64,000 nucleotides of DNA from an uncultured archaeon (GCA_964619405.1 CAZUCF010000003.1:25192-89191), one strand, 5' to 3'; counted from the stretch's first letter, positions 1-10,710 are shown. The notes: generated by a model from the letters alone, not told the origin. Made by a program: numbers and translations.

Positions 1-108
1 AAAATAAATTTTGAATTTAAAAATTAATTAATAAAAAATAACTAACTAATAAAACAAAAAATTAATTAATCCAAAAAAATATTAAAATTACATTAAAAGA
101 AATCAAAT

Positions 109-1074
109 TCATTTCAATAATTCTTCTTTCAAATTATTTAGGTTTTGGCCTTCTAATATTACATAGTGTTCTGAAAAAGCTTTTTTCATTTTTTCTAATT
201 CTGTTTCATTAACCAAATCAGTTTTGTTTATTACTATTATGAATCCTTTGTCAGAAAACAGTTTTTTTAATTCGTTCAACAAGTTTTTTTGTTCTATAAT
301 TTCTTGTAATGGGTCAACAACAAATATTATTGTGCCCTTCAAATATTGGAATGCTGAAATTGCTTTTAACTCAATATTGTTTCTCGCGCTAATTGGCCTA
401 TCCAATAATCCTGGCGTGTCAATTACTTGTATTGGAACATATTTCTTGAAGAATAATCCAACATTCAATCCTTTTGTTGTGAAAGGGTATGAAGCAATTT
501 TTGGTTTTGACTCAGTTATTTTTGATAATAATGTTGACTTACCAACATTTGGTAGTCCTGCTATCAAATAAACTTCTTCGTCTGTTTTAATGCTTGGTAA
601 TTCCTTGAGTTTTTTTATTGACTCATTGTAAAAATCAATGTCTTTACCCAAACTTTTTATTAAAGATGAAACCCTACCAAAATACTCGTTAGAAATTTTT
701 TTTGCTTTGGTTCTTGAATTTGTTTCAAATTGTAATTCTTTTAACGCAACTATTTTTTCACGCCTAATATTTTTTATTACTTTAGCAACAGATGATAAAT
801 TGGAAAGAGATTTTCTTATTTTGTTTATATCAATTATAAATTTAAATAAGTCCCTGTAAAAATCAGGTAATTTGTCAATACTAGGAAAATCTGTTACAAT
901 TAACAATAATTTTTCTATTAAATATTCTGCTGAAACATCAATTTTAATAATTTCTTTTCCTTTTAAAGTATAGAAAGGCGTTTTTTGTTTTTTGTATTGC
1001 GAAGCACTTTTTCTTGCTCTTGAAAAAGCAGAGTTCAATAATTTGTCAGGAGTATCAATTGTTTTAAAATTCAT
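109..1074 (-). CDS. NOG1-family GTP-binding protein
   Basis: GTPase motifs GLPNVGKST (G1), DTPGLLD (G3), NKTD (G4). Size and N-terminal region are typical of archaeal Nog1-like GTPases. Confidence 0.8.
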   Translation of the reverse strand: MNFKTIDTPDKLLNSAFSRARKSASQYKKQKTPFYTLKGKEIIKIDVSAEYLIEKLLLIVTDFPSIDKLPDFYRDLFKFIIDINKIRKSLSNLSSVAKVIKNIRREKIVALKELQFETNSRTKAKKISNEYFGRVSSLIKSLGKDIDFYNESIKKLKELPSIKTDEEVYLIAGLPNVGKSTLLSKITESKPKIASYPFTTKGLNVGLFFKKYVPIQVIDTPGLLDRPISARNNIELKAISAFQYLKGTIIFVVDPLQEIIEQKNLLNELKKLFSDKGFIIVINKTDLVNETELEKMKKAFSEHYVILEGQNLNNLKEELLK

Positions 1075-1588
1075 TTTTTTTACCTCTTCTTCTTTTATCT
1101 AATAAAAATGCTTTTTCAACTAATTCAGGGTTTCTTTTTCTTATTGCGCTTAAAGCCCAAGGTATTTCTTGGCTCATTCTCCTTAAAAGAGTTGTTGATT
1201 CTTTTCCAGCAACCATTTGTTTTAACAAATAATTAACAGTCCAAAGAGTATCCTGAATTTCTTTCAACTCTTTTTTACTTGGTTTTCTTTTTTTATTTAA
1301 CAATTTTTTTTTTAACTCGGCTTGCTTTCTTTTCCTCTCTAACAAGTCATTCTCTGATTCTTCTTTTTTTTGGCTTTCACTTTGTTTTTGACTTAACTCC
1401 TTTTTTATCACTTTTTTTCTAACACTAGGAAACCTTTTTGGGTACAAAACTAATAAAATTTTTTTATACAATTCTCTTTTCTCAACAGGGCTCAAGTTTG
1501 ATCTTTTAACTATTTTTTTCAAATTTGTTTTTGATGAATTTTTTGAACGCGCATTATTTAAAGGATTTGCTTTTTTTCTTCTTTGCAT
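1064..1588 (-). CDS. Lys/Arg-rich hypothetical protein
   Basis: 174-aa ORF, highly basic, start overlaps the downstream GTPase gene by 11 nt. No recognisable motif. Confidence 0.4.
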   Translation of the reverse strand: MQRRKKANPLNNARSKNSSKTNLKKIVKRSNLSPVEKRELYKKILLVLYPKRFPSVRKKVIKKELSQKQSESQKKEESENDLLERKRKQAELKKKLLNKKRKPSKKELKEIQDTLWTVNYLLKQMVAGKESTTLLRRMSQEIPWALSAIRKRNPELVEKAFLLDKRRRGKKNEF

Positions 1589-1648
1589 AACATATTTAAG
1601 ATTAAGCAGTTTTTTAATCTATATCAAACACAAAGAAAGGCGTTTTTA

Positions 1649-2686
1649 ATGGAAGATTTTTACGGTAAAAAATACAAAAAGTTCATATTATTACCATTAT
1701 TCTTAACAATCATTTTTTTGATTTTAATACTCGTTTTTCCAGGAATAAGTTCTGGGATTGATTTAACTGGTGGCAATGAAATTACTTTGCGCTCTCAAAA
1801 CCCTTTGAGTGAAAAAGAAATTTATGATGTTCTAACAAACAATTTTTCTTTGAGCGAGTTAAGTATTTCAACATTATCTTCGCCGACTAGTTATGGAGCT
1901 ATAATAAGATATGGAAAAGAACCAGTTGTTTTAGAAGCAGAATCTTTGCTTTCACAAGCAGAAGCAAGTGTTGATGATGATTTAATTTCAATAGAATACT
2001 CAAAAAAAGCAATTATTCTTTTGAATGGTGAGGAAAAAGAGTATTCTAACGCAAAACTCGCTTTGCTTGACGCACAAGATGCTCTTTCTGAGTACAAAGA
2101 AAATTTTGAATCAAATTTGAAAATTGCTTTACAAGAAAAATTAAATATTGGAAACGAACTTGAGTTCCAAAGAAAAGAAGTTTCACCAACAATTGGTTCG
2201 GCAGCACTAGCCTCAATGATACAAATATCTATTTGGGGTTTTATTTTAATAACAATAATTATTTTTATTGCGTTTAGACAATTTGTTCCAACAATAGCAA
2301 TTATTTTAGCAATGGTGTTTGATATTCTCGCAGGTTTAGCAGGAATGGCTTTACTAAATATACCATTATCACTAGCAACTATCCCAGCATTATTAATGTT
2401 AATTGGTTATTCTGTTGACACAGACATAATGCTTACCTCAAGAGTACTAAAAAACAAAACTGGAACTAATGGTGAGAGAGCAACAACATCAATGAAAACT
2501 GGTTTAACAATGACTGGAACTACTCTCGCAGCATTAGCATCAATGATTATTATTTCTTATTTTTACCAAATTGATGTAATATATAATATTTCAGCAATTT
2601 TGTTATTTGGTTTGATTGGGGACCTTGTTTCAACTTGGTTAATGAATGCACCAATATTATTATGGTTTGTTGAGGGGAAAAAATGA
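1649..2686 (+). CDS. secF: protein-export membrane protein SecF
   Basis: N-terminal TM, periplasmic-type loop and C-terminal multi-TM bundle, translationally coupled to secD (ATGA overlap at 2683). ATG at 1649 preferred over the TTG at 1583. Confidence 0.75.
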   Translation: MEDFYGKKYKKFILLPLFLTIIFLILILVFPGISSGIDLTGGNEITLRSQNPLSEKEIYDVLTNNFSLSELSISTLSSPTSYGAIIRYGKEPVVLEAESLLSQAEASVDDDLISIEYSKKAIILLNGEEKEYSNAKLALLDAQDALSEYKENFESNLKIALQEKLNIGNELEFQRKEVSPTIGSAALASMIQISIWGFILITIIIFIAFRQFVPTIAIILAMVFDILAGLAGMALLNIPLSLATIPALLMLIGYSVDTDIMLTSRVLKNKTGTNGERATTSMKTGLTMTGTTLAALASMIIISYFYQIDVIYNISAILLFGLIGDLVSTWLMNAPILLWFVEGKK

Positions 2687-4287
2687 AGTTTCTAAAAAAT
2701 TGGAGAATATTATTATTGGTTGTTGCGTTAATAATATCAATAACAACTATTCTAACAATGGGCATTCCTCTTGGCCTAGACTTTGGTGGTGGAACAAGAT
2801 TTGAAATTGAATTACAAGAAGTTGTTTCACAAGAAGAAATAGCAAGAATAACAAATATTATTTCTATGCGAATTGATCCAACTGGTTTGAGGGATTACAC
2901 TATTTTTCCTATTGGCGGGCAATTCATAACAATCCAAATGTCTGAGACTGATTCAAGCGAACTTGAGAAAATAGAAGCTAGAATAAGACAACAAGGAAAA
3001 TTTGAAGCTAATCTTAATGGGCAAGTTGTTTTTACTGGAGACGAAATAAGAAGAGTATTAAGGAGTGATAACTCGTACGGAATATATAAGACGGGAGTAA
3101 ATAATTTTGAGTGGAGTTTGCCCTTTGTTCTAAATGAGACTGCTACAAAAAGCTTTACTGAAAAAACTTTTCACCAATGTTCAATAACTGGTTTTGATAC
3201 TAGTGGAAAACCAATTTATGATTGCGAGAAAACAATTTTCTTTTTGGATAAACCAGAAGCAATAATAATTATTAGTGAGGATTATTATGATAGTGATTCA
3301 GAAGAATTGTTTAATGGTAACAGGTTATTGAATATACCAATTCAAACAGAAATAGATGAAGTTATTGAAGACTCGTTATTGAATATAATTGTTTTTGATG
3401 GAAATTTGAATATTGCATTATTGGAAGAATACTTTGATAAAACAAAAAAAGCAATTGTTTCAGATGACATTGGAAACGAAACAATAATATTATTACAAGA
3501 TATTGGTTTTGAAGTAGTAAAAGAAGAAAAAAAAGATGCTCCTTGGCTTTGGAGTGTTTTGAATGCAAGACAAATAATTAGTTTGACATCAGGAATAACA
3601 AATGAAGATGTTTCTGATATTAGTCAAGCACAACAATTCTCAACTTTGAGGATTAGTGGGCAAAGAGAAACAGCCCAAGAAGCATTTGATGATTTAGAAG
3701 AATTATCTATTTTACTTGAATCAGGTTCGTTACCAACATCAGTAAAAAGTATTTCCAAGGAAACTATTACACCTTCTTTAGGACAAACATTTTTATCAAA
3801 TGTTTTACTAATGGGAGTACTAGCATTTCTAATGGTTGGGCTAATAATATTCCTAAGATATAGGATGCCAAAATTAGTTATACCAATATTCATTATTGGT
3901 GCAAGCGAAATAATAATTCTTTTGGGTTTCATCGCATTTTTTAAAAGACCATTGGACCTAGCTGCTTTTGCAGGAATAATTGCTGCAATTGGAACAGGTG
4001 TTGATTCAGAAGTAGTTATAACAGACGAAATACTTGGACGAGGAAAAAGTGTTAAAGAATCCTTAATAAAAAGAGTGAAATCAGCGTTATTCATAATAAT
4101 GACTTCTGCACTCACAATGATCGGGGTAATGGGGCCAATAATAATATTTAGGGCATCATTATTAGGTTTAGACAAATTATATGGTTTTGCTGTTGTTGCA
4201 ATAGTAGGCGCACTAGTTGGAGTATTTGTTACAAGACCAGCTTTTACAAAAATAATTGAAGATATTATAAACAAATTAGAAAAATAA
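2683..4287 (+). CDS. secD: protein-export membrane protein SecD
   Basis: 534 aa with N-terminal TM, large extracytoplasmic domain and C-terminal 5-TM region (GIIAAIGTGVDSEVVITDE). Adjacent to secF. Confidence 0.8.
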   Translation: MKFLKNWRILLLVVALIISITTILTMGIPLGLDFGGGTRFEIELQEVVSQEEIARITNIISMRIDPTGLRDYTIFPIGGQFITIQMSETDSSELEKIEARIRQQGKFEANLNGQVVFTGDEIRRVLRSDNSYGIYKTGVNNFEWSLPFVLNETATKSFTEKTFHQCSITGFDTSGKPIYDCEKTIFFLDKPEAIIIISEDYYDSDSEELFNGNRLLNIPIQTEIDEVIEDSLLNIIVFDGNLNIALLEEYFDKTKKAIVSDDIGNETIILLQDIGFEVVKEEKKDAPWLWSVLNARQIISLTSGITNEDVSDISQAQQFSTLRISGQRETAQEAFDDLEELSILLESGSLPTSVKSISKETITPSLGQTFLSNVLLMGVLAFLMVGLIIFLRYRMPKLVIPIFIIGASEIIILLGFIAFFKRPLDLAAFAGIIAAIGTGVDSEVVITDEILGRGKSVKESLIKRVKSALFIIMTSALTMIGVMGPIIIFRASLLGLDKLYGFAVVAIVGALVGVFVTRPAFTKIIEDIINKLEK

Positions 4288-4511
4288 TAGAAAATCTTTG
4301 CAAAAACCAATGCTAAATACAAGCTTATTTAATAAAAAATAATTAAAGAGAAACTAAATGATTTAAATGAAAACTAAAAAAAATTTATTAAGAAATAAAA
4401 ACAAACAAGTTATGTATAAGATTGTTTGTTAAGTAAATATTGTTAACCCAAATAAAAAACCAAAAAAGTTCTTGCAAAAAAATTAAAAATCAATTTAAAT
4501 TAAATGAACCA

Positions 4512-5000
4512 TTATATTAATTCTGAAAAGTTTTTTGCTTTCAAAATTATTTTTATAAAAAAATACCACATTGCAATAACTATCCCACTCATCACAAACC
4601 AAGTCAAAGTATGAATCAAATCAGCATCAAAACCAATCCTAGCTAATATAAGTAGAAAAAATATTCTAAAAAAATTAATTACTAATAATAAAAGAGCACC
4701 AAAAAACAAAAAATTCAATTTTTTTTTCAATAATACTTTTAAAGGCAATGTTAATCCAACCAACATAGCCACGCTAACTAAACCAGTACAAGAATTATCA
4801 ATAACGAATTTTGTGTTATTCAACAGAATCACATTACCTTGAACAAACAAACCAAGATAAGAACCGTTAATAAAAGCTAGGAAAGAATTAAAAAAGTAAA
4901 TATTAATATTCAAAACAATAAACTCTATAATAAAAAATATTAAAAAAAACTTTAAAATAAAAAATGCTAGTTCCTTATTATTTTTTTTTAATTCAAACAA
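4512..5000 (-). CDS. exosortase/archaeosortase-family membrane protein (small form)
   Basis: Polytopic membrane protein with candidate catalytic Cys in NSCTGLVS, an NffR Arg motif and a later His (IHTLTW), matching the Cys/Arg/His pattern of the family. TTG start. Confidence 0.5.
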   Translation of the reverse strand: MFELKKNNKELAFFILKFFLIFFIIEFIVLNINIYFFNSFLAFINGSYLGLFVQGNVILLNNTKFVIDNSCTGLVSVAMLVGLTLPLKVLLKKKLNFLFFGALLLLVINFFRIFFLLILARIGFDADLIHTLTWFVMSGIVIAMWYFFIKIILKAKNFSELI

Positions 5001-5006
5001 AATAAT

Positions 5007-5525
5007 TCACCAAGGCACTTTTTTTAATCCAAGTTTAAAAGCAATTACATTAGTAATTGAATGAATAAATATTGTTGCAAACAAAATTATTAATATTACT
5101 TCAATTCTTGGAATAATTACAAAAAAACTCAAAATTAAACCACCTAAAATAAAATCTATTTGATCAAAAATAACACACCTTTGCCCACTTTGAAAACCAA
5201 AACGCCTTTTAAAAAAACTTTCAACAATGTCACCTAATATTGCTCCAAAAGAAAGTAGCACAGCTAACAACAAATAATTTGGTATTACTAAAAATATGTT
5301 AGGATAAAAAAAAGCGAAAATAAAACCAGCAATTGTACCACAAAAAACCCCTGATAATGAACCCAAAATAGTTTTTCCTTTACCAAGAATTCTTTTACCA
5401 TTAATGTTTTTGTTAAAATCAATAGGCATTTTCCCATGCAATATTATTGGGGAAGCATTCGCAACATACAGTGGAATAACATAAGCTATAATAAAAATAA
5501 TTACTTCAAAATAAAAATCACTCAT
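5007..5525 (-). CDS. carS: CDP-archaeol synthase (DUF46, CarS)
   Basis: Membrane protein with ANASPIILHGKMPIDF, GKGKTILGSLSG, GDIVESFFKRRFG and DQIDFILGG, characteristic of CarS. ATG at 5525. Confidence 0.75.
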   Translation of the reverse strand: MSDFYFEVIIFIIAYVIPLYVANASPIILHGKMPIDFNKNINGKRILGKGKTILGSLSGVFCGTIAGFIFAFFYPNIFLVIPNYLLLAVLLSFGAILGDIVESFFKRRFGFQSGQRCVIFDQIDFILGGLILSFFVIIPRIEVILIILFATIFIHSITNVIAFKLGLKKVPW

Positions 5526-5543
5526 TATTAACACCAAACAATA

Positions 5544-6245
5544 TTATAATAAAACTAAACCCAATAATAAAGCAAAAATTGCTCCCGAAAAACAACCTAT
5601 TAGATTAACGTGAGTGTTATTTAAAATTTTTCTGTTTTCAAAAACATCCCCAAACAAAGAATCAACTATTGTCCCAACTAACCCAGAGCCAATTATAACA
5701 AACATTATTAAAAAATTCTTGTAAAAAGAAAAATATAATAAAGCAATTATTGTTGAACCAATTAAAGCTGCTATAAAACCAAGTACTGTTACTCCGCCAT
5801 CAGTCCCCCTTGGAACCGTTTTCAAAGTTGTTATAAGAACAGGATTTTTTTTTGAATAAAACCCTATTTCGGATGAAAGAGTATCAGATAATGCCGCTGA
5901 AATTGCTCCAAAAAAACAAAGCTCAAATATTAAACTATGCTCGGGATAAATTATTATTAATGATAAAGCAAATAATGCTGGCAAAGAGTTTCCAACAACA
6001 TTCCAAATACCCCTTCTTTCATGTTTTCTTTTCGGATAATTACTTGCAATCTCGCCAATAACAAAAAAAGTTACTACTGCGAGAAAACGCAACAATGTTG
6101 TTTCACTTGGCCCATAAGTCATTGCCGCTAAACCAACAACATTCGCAAGAATTATTCCTTCAAAATCCAATAGTTTTTTTTTGTAAGAAAAAATTGAAAA
6201 GACAAATAAGAATAATAGTATTATTGCTAATTCTAAAAAATCCAT
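5544..6245 (-). CDS. DUF92/TMEM19-family integral membrane protein (VTE6-like putative polyprenyl-phosphate kinase)
   Basis: Multi-TM protein with SDTLSSEIG and GTDGGVT motifs typical of COG1836/DUF92. Adjacent to carS. Confidence 0.6.
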   Translation of the reverse strand: MDFLELAIILLFLFVFSIFSYKKKLLDFEGIILANVVGLAAMTYGPSETTLLRFLAVVTFFVIGEIASNYPKRKHERRGIWNVVGNSLPALFALSLIIIYPEHSLIFELCFFGAISAALSDTLSSEIGFYSKKNPVLITTLKTVPRGTDGGVTVLGFIAALIGSTIIALLYFSFYKNFLIMFVIIGSGLVGTIVDSLFGDVFENRKILNNTHVNLIGCFSGAIFALLLGLVLL

Positions 6246-6257
6246 AAAATAAATTCA

Positions 6258-6848
6258 CTATTTTGACTCTGTAAAAGTTGCTTTGAAAGCAATAACCTTC
6301 TTAATCATACAGATTTTTTCAATATCTTTGAAAACATTATTTGTGAATTTACCCAAAATTAATTCTTGAACTACTTCTTCAAAATCTTTACCATTAAAAC
6401 TCATTAATTTTTCTTTCATCATTTTTCTAAGACCAGCTTTTTGAGCATTAGTTGCTTTCTTAACTGTAATCGCAACAAGAGAAACTCTTGCTTCCCCACC
6501 AATAACAGGAATACTCTCAACAACCATTACTTTACTATTGCCCCGCCTAATAAGTCTACCAATTGAGGATTTTGATAACTCAAACTTAGATATTTTTGTA
6601 TTAATATTTTGTCCTTGAATATCAAAAGTTCTAAAATAAATTGAAGTATCTCTCTTCATTCGCAAACCAGTTAATTTGTCAAGAGTAACTTTTAATGTCC
6701 TACCAGTCAAATTAATTGGTTTTTCAGCAGGAGTTTCAGCCAATACTTTTGAATCAAATATTCTAGAAGCTTTTACTAAAAACCATTTCTTTTTCTTCCA
6801 CTTGTCAACAGTTTTTCTCCTCGAACCAGTATTTTTTTCAACCACCAT
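6258..6848 (-). CDS. rps3ae: 30S ribosomal protein S3Ae (eS1)
   Basis: DKWKKKKWF...ETPA N-terminal signature, about 195 aa. ATG at 6848 (GTG at 6857 is an alternative). Confidence 0.9.
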   Translation of the reverse strand: MVVEKNTGSRRKTVDKWKKKKWFLVKASRIFDSKVLAETPAEKPINLTGRTLKVTLDKLTGLRMKRDTSIYFRTFDIQGQNINTKISKFELSKSSIGRLIRRGNSKVMVVESIPVIGGEARVSLVAITVKKATNAQKAGLRKMMKEKLMSFNGKDFEEVVQELILGKFTNNVFKDIEKICMIKKVIAFKATFTESK

Positions 6849-6956
6849 AAAAATCACTTTAACATTTCAATAAATCATCAACTTTTTCTAGTGCAATTAA
6901 TTCTTTTCCAACAAAAACCTTTTCTTTATCAATCATTAACTCAACAAAAACATTCA

Positions 6957-7373
6957 TTATCTCACCAATAAAGCAGCACTTTCAGCAGTATACTTCCAAT
7001 CAGAAGGAATTTTTCCTTTTTTAGAATAATATTTGCTTAATCTCCTTATTTTTGAAACGGTTACCTCATAACCTCTTTTAGCAGAATCATCTTTCTTGTT
7101 TTTACTCAAATGATTATTTAATAAAACACTTTTCTTAATAAGATTCAATAAGTCTTCAGGCAACTCGCCAATTAATTTGTTTTCAGCAAGGATTTGTTGT
7201 AAATGTTTTCCAGTAAGTTCCCTAACATCTCTTACGAAATACTCTTCCCTCAAAATAAGCCCTATTTTGCTTGGAGAATGACCAGCATTCGCCAAAGAAA
7301 TAATAATGTCTTCCACTTCGTCCTTAGAAATTTCTTTAGAAGATTTTTCTGTTTTCTTTGCTTTTTTAACCAT
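6957..7373 (-). CDS. rps15: 30S ribosomal protein S15 (uS15/S13e type)
   Basis: 138 aa with GHSPSKIGLILREEY and the C-terminal S15 helix region (RLSKYY). Confidence 0.9.
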   Translation of the reverse strand: MVKKAKKTEKSSKEISKDEVEDIIISLANAGHSPSKIGLILREEYFVRDVRELTGKHLQQILAENKLIGELPEDLLNLIKKSVLLNNHLSKNKKDDSAKRGYEVTVSKIRRLSKYYSKKGKIPSDWKYTAESAALLVR

Positions 7374-7503
7374 TTAAATCACTTAACCTTTCCAACCAAT
7401 TCGGCTTGGAAAAGAACATCAAAATTATAATGTATTTACTGAAAAAGAATATTTATAAATCTAATTAATCAACAAAAAATAATAAAATGAATTTTATTTC
7501 ATG

Positions 7504-8151
7504 TTAATTAATTTTGTCAATTAATCTTTCCAAGTAAACAAACAAATTAAGAGCTTGATTTTGTTTTTCTAAAATACCAGTATTAAATAATTCTTGGCTT
7601 ATCCTATAAACATCTGATAAAAAATTATTTGCTGACCTAGCAAAATGTCTTGACTTGCCAGAATCATGCATTAATATATCATGTCGATTAGAAAAAATTC
7701 TTTCCCAATCTTCACCAACTACATTAGAACAAACACTTTGTAATTCATAAAAAGAAAATTTTTTGGTAAAATCAATTACTAATTTTTTGCTTTTCTCATC
7801 ATTAAATTTTTTTTCTGGGAAAACCAAAAATTTATTGCTTTTTAAAGACCTTTTTAATTTCTCCAAATAAAACTTTTTCTCGGCTGAAGAAACAATAGAA
7901 AATCTTTTTTGAAGCGAACCCAATCTTTTTCTTGCGGAAGCCAATTCTGTTGATTCAACAGCTCTTTCAGAAGACCCCATTGAAACCCTATTAATTTCTA
8001 AAATATTTTCTGTTGCTTTAATTGACTGTTCTTTTTCAAAAATTTGTTTTTTTATTTTTTTTCTTAACATAGAAAGTCTTTCTTTTGAAACTGGTTTTGG
8101 TTTTGAAAACAACTTTGCTAAAAAATTTTGTTGAACAGGCCTTGACTTCAT
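7504..8151 (-). CDS. hypothetical protein
   Basis: 215-aa ORF in a coding-dense minus-strand block. No recognisable motif. Confidence 0.4.
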   Translation of the reverse strand: MKSRPVQQNFLAKLFSKPKPVSKERLSMLRKKIKKQIFEKEQSIKATENILEINRVSMGSSERAVESTELASARKRLGSLQKRFSIVSSAEKKFYLEKLKRSLKSNKFLVFPEKKFNDEKSKKLVIDFTKKFSFYELQSVCSNVVGEDWERIFSNRHDILMHDSGKSRHFARSANNFLSDVYRISQELFNTGILEKQNQALNLFVYLERLIDKIN

Positions 8152-8202
8152 GATAATAACATTCTTCCAATTTTTAATAAATATATGTTTTTCTAACTAA
8201 CA

Positions 8203-8787
8203 TTATAAATAACGCCCTCTTTTTTCTATTTTTTGCATCCTATCAATTAATTCTTTACTAGGGTTATAACCAGACATTACTAATTCCCAGCCATTTTTAA
8301 GAGAAGAGTGAGTAGCATTAAATGTTTTTTTGAAAACAATTAAATCGGTTGCTATGTCCTCAACTTTTTTTGAAAAAAAACCTAATCCAAAATCAATGAA
8401 AACCAATTTGTTAGAATAAATAATATTTGATGTTGTTAAATCACCATGAATTATTCCAGCACCATGAATTCTTCTTATTTCTTGGCCAGCAACAAAACAC
8501 AATTCTTTCTTGTCATCAATTATTTCTTTTAACAATTTCCCACTTATAAATTCCATTATAATCTCGCATTTTTTTTCGTTAACCGAAAATATCTGCGGCA
8601 CATTTATTTTGTTGAATAATAATTTAATTATTTTTGCCTCACTTTTTGTTCTTTTTATTCTAATAGAATCATCAAGTATTTTATTCCTATACTTTTTGGA
8701 AAGCCTTGTTTTTGAAATACTTTTTTTCCCTTGAAAAATTATTTGCTTGACTTCTGCTTCAGCACCAATTCTTTTTAATTTAACCAT
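8203..8787 (-). CDS. bud32: KEOPS complex kinase Bud32
   Basis: Small atypical kinase: GAEAEV glycine loop equivalent, HGDLTTSNII catalytic loop, IDFGL. Confidence 0.8.
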   Translation of the reverse strand: MVKLKRIGAEAEVKQIIFQGKKSISKTRLSKKYRNKILDDSIRIKRTKSEAKIIKLLFNKINVPQIFSVNEKKCEIIMEFISGKLLKEIIDDKKELCFVAGQEIRRIHGAGIIHGDLTTSNIIYSNKLVFIDFGLGFFSKKVEDIATDLIVFKKTFNATHSSLKNGWELVMSGYNPSKELIDRMQKIEKRGRYL

Positions 8788-8863
8788 AAAAAAAGAGTCT
8801 AACGAATTTATTTTAAATACCTGTTTTGTTAAAAAAATTTTTAAAAAAAGAATTTTTTTGAAA

Positions 8864-9349
8864 TTAACATGTTTCTCTTATTGAAGCTAGTAATTCTTTT
8901 GCAAAAGCATTAATTTCTTTTGTTGTTTCTAATTGGTTTTCACGCAACATTGAAACTTCGTTTGGAAGCAAAATCATTGAATTAGCGTTATCAGAGTACT
9001 TTGCAGACAAACTCAAATATGAAACAATATTCTTGTATTCTATTGTTGAACAATGATTTAAAAAATAATTTATTTGTTTTGACTCTTCAAGCGCCCTTGT
9101 AAAATAAATAAAGGCTTGTGCTGAAGCAATCTCAAAATCAAGTGCTTTTGCTAAACTACCATAACTATTGCTTCTTAATAATGAAACTTCATTCAAATAA
9201 GAGTTCATTAAATCCAAATTCGGGTTAAAAGAACTTTCAACCGAATACTCTTTTTTTAAACGCAAAAAATCGTTTTCATCAACCCCATTATTAATAGTAC
9301 AACCAAACAAAACAAAGAAAACGATTAATAATGATAATAATTTTTTCAT
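8864..9349 (-). CDS. putative secreted lipoprotein
   Basis: N-terminal signal peptide ending in the lipobox-like LFGC. Confidence 0.45.
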   Translation of the reverse strand: MKKLLSLLIVFFVLFGCTINNGVDENDFLRLKKEYSVESSFNPNLDLMNSYLNEVSLLRSNSYGSLAKALDFEIASAQAFIYFTRALEESKQINYFLNHCSTIEYKNIVSYLSLSAKYSDNANSMILLPNEVSMLRENQLETTKEINAFAKELLASIRETC

Positions 9350-9460
9350 TTAAACCATTAAATTAAGAGTCTTTCAAGTATTAAATCTTTTCTTAACAAG
9401 CAAACCACAATAATTAAAAAAATTAGTCATTTCATTAAATAAAGAAAAATGATTTAATTA

Positions 9461-10576
9461 TCAAAAGTTTTCAAAAATTTTTTTGAAAACACTTTTCCTT
9501 TTCTTTTTTAGTTCGTCTTCTTTTTGTAATTGTTCTAATAATTCTTTTTGTTTTTTACTCATTTTTTTTGGTGTTTCAACTATTACTTTTATGTACTCGT
9601 CACCAAAATCATTTGAGTTAAGAATTTTTATCCCCTTATTTTTTAATCTAAAAATTGTTCCTGTTTGTGTTCCAGCAGGAATCTTTAATTCAGCCGTTCC
9701 TTTTAATGTTGGAACTTCTATTGTTGAACCTAATGCTGACTCTGAAAAAGAAATTGGTATTTCTGCATAAATATCTTCGTCATCTCTTTTAAAAACATCG
9801 TGATTTTCAACAAAAATTATTATAAATAAGTCGCCGACACCATCTTTCCCCTCGTGCCCTTTTCCTTTTAATCTTAAATGGTTACCAGTATTTATTCCAG
9901 CTGGTATCTTTAATTTTATTTTTGTTGTTTTGTTTTCTAAACCGTTTCCATTACAATGAGAACAATTTTTTTCTGCTATTTTTCCTTTACCATGGCATTT
10001 TGGGCAAGTTGTTTGAGTTTGAAATATTCCAAAAGGAGTTCTTTGTTGTCTTATTACACGCCCTTGTCCATTACAAGTAGGGCAGGTTGTTTCTTTACCA
10101 TCTTCTGCACCAGTACCATTACAAAAAGAACATTTTTCTATTCTCTCATAAGAAATAGTTTTTTCTACTCCAAAAACAGCTTCTTCAAAACTAATACTCA
10201 AATTCAAACTAATATTTTGACCCAAATCTTTTTTCGTTCTTTTTCTCGAACCAAATATGTCCCCGAAACCCATTTCACCAAAATTGAATCCAGAAAAAGA
10301 GTTGAACAAATCTTCAAAATCAAAATCCATTCCTTGGCCAAAGCCTTGGTAACCTTGAAAGTTTTTGTAAGCGTCACCATAATTATCATAGTTTTGCTTT
10401 TTTTCTGGGTCAGATAATACTTGGTATGCTTCAACTATTTCCTTAAATTTTTTTTCTGCTTCAGGGTCCTTTGAAACATCAGGATGAAATTTTTTTGCAA
10501 GGTTTTTATAAGCTTTTTTTATTTCTTCTGTTGTCGCACTTTTTTGCAAGCCCAATACAGAATAATAATCAGTCAT
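9461..10576 (-). CDS. dnaJ: molecular chaperone DnaJ
   Basis: J-domain HPD (FHPDVS), G/F region and four CxxCxGxG repeats (CSFCNGTG, CPTCNGQG, CPKCHGKG, CSHCNGNG). Confidence 0.95.
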   Translation of the reverse strand: MTDYYSVLGLQKSATTEEIKKAYKNLAKKFHPDVSKDPEAEKKFKEIVEAYQVLSDPEKKQNYDNYGDAYKNFQGYQGFGQGMDFDFEDLFNSFSGFNFGEMGFGDIFGSRKRTKKDLGQNISLNLSISFEEAVFGVEKTISYERIEKCSFCNGTGAEDGKETTCPTCNGQGRVIRQQRTPFGIFQTQTTCPKCHGKGKIAEKNCSHCNGNGLENKTTKIKLKIPAGINTGNHLRLKGKGHEGKDGVGDLFIIIFVENHDVFKRDDEDIYAEIPISFSESALGSTIEVPTLKGTAELKIPAGTQTGTIFRLKNKGIKILNSNDFGDEYIKVIVETPKKMSKKQKELLEQLQKEDELKKKRKSVFKKIFENF

Positions 10577-10710
10577 TATTTACACCAAAAAATAAAATTC
10601 ATTAATTTTTCTAAATTATTTTTCCTAAAAATATAAAAAAGGTTTAGCTTGCTTGCCAAACCTTTGTTGAATTAATTTCAACTTCCTTTATTTTTAATAA
10701 TGATTCAATA

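Noticed and set aside
224-571. Numerous ORFs of 60-165 aa on the strand opposite long, well-supported genes. Examples are 224..571, 9956..10417, 11372..11728, 19276..19773, 20278..20718, 36314..36709, 45549..45866, 49844..50272 and 50321..50725.
   Set aside because: They lie antisense within, or overlap in another frame, confidently identified genes such as the NOG1 GTPase, dnaJ, dnaK, acd, porB and thiolase. They have low-complexity or hydrophobic translations typical of shadow ORFs in AT-rich DNA, and they carry no motifs.
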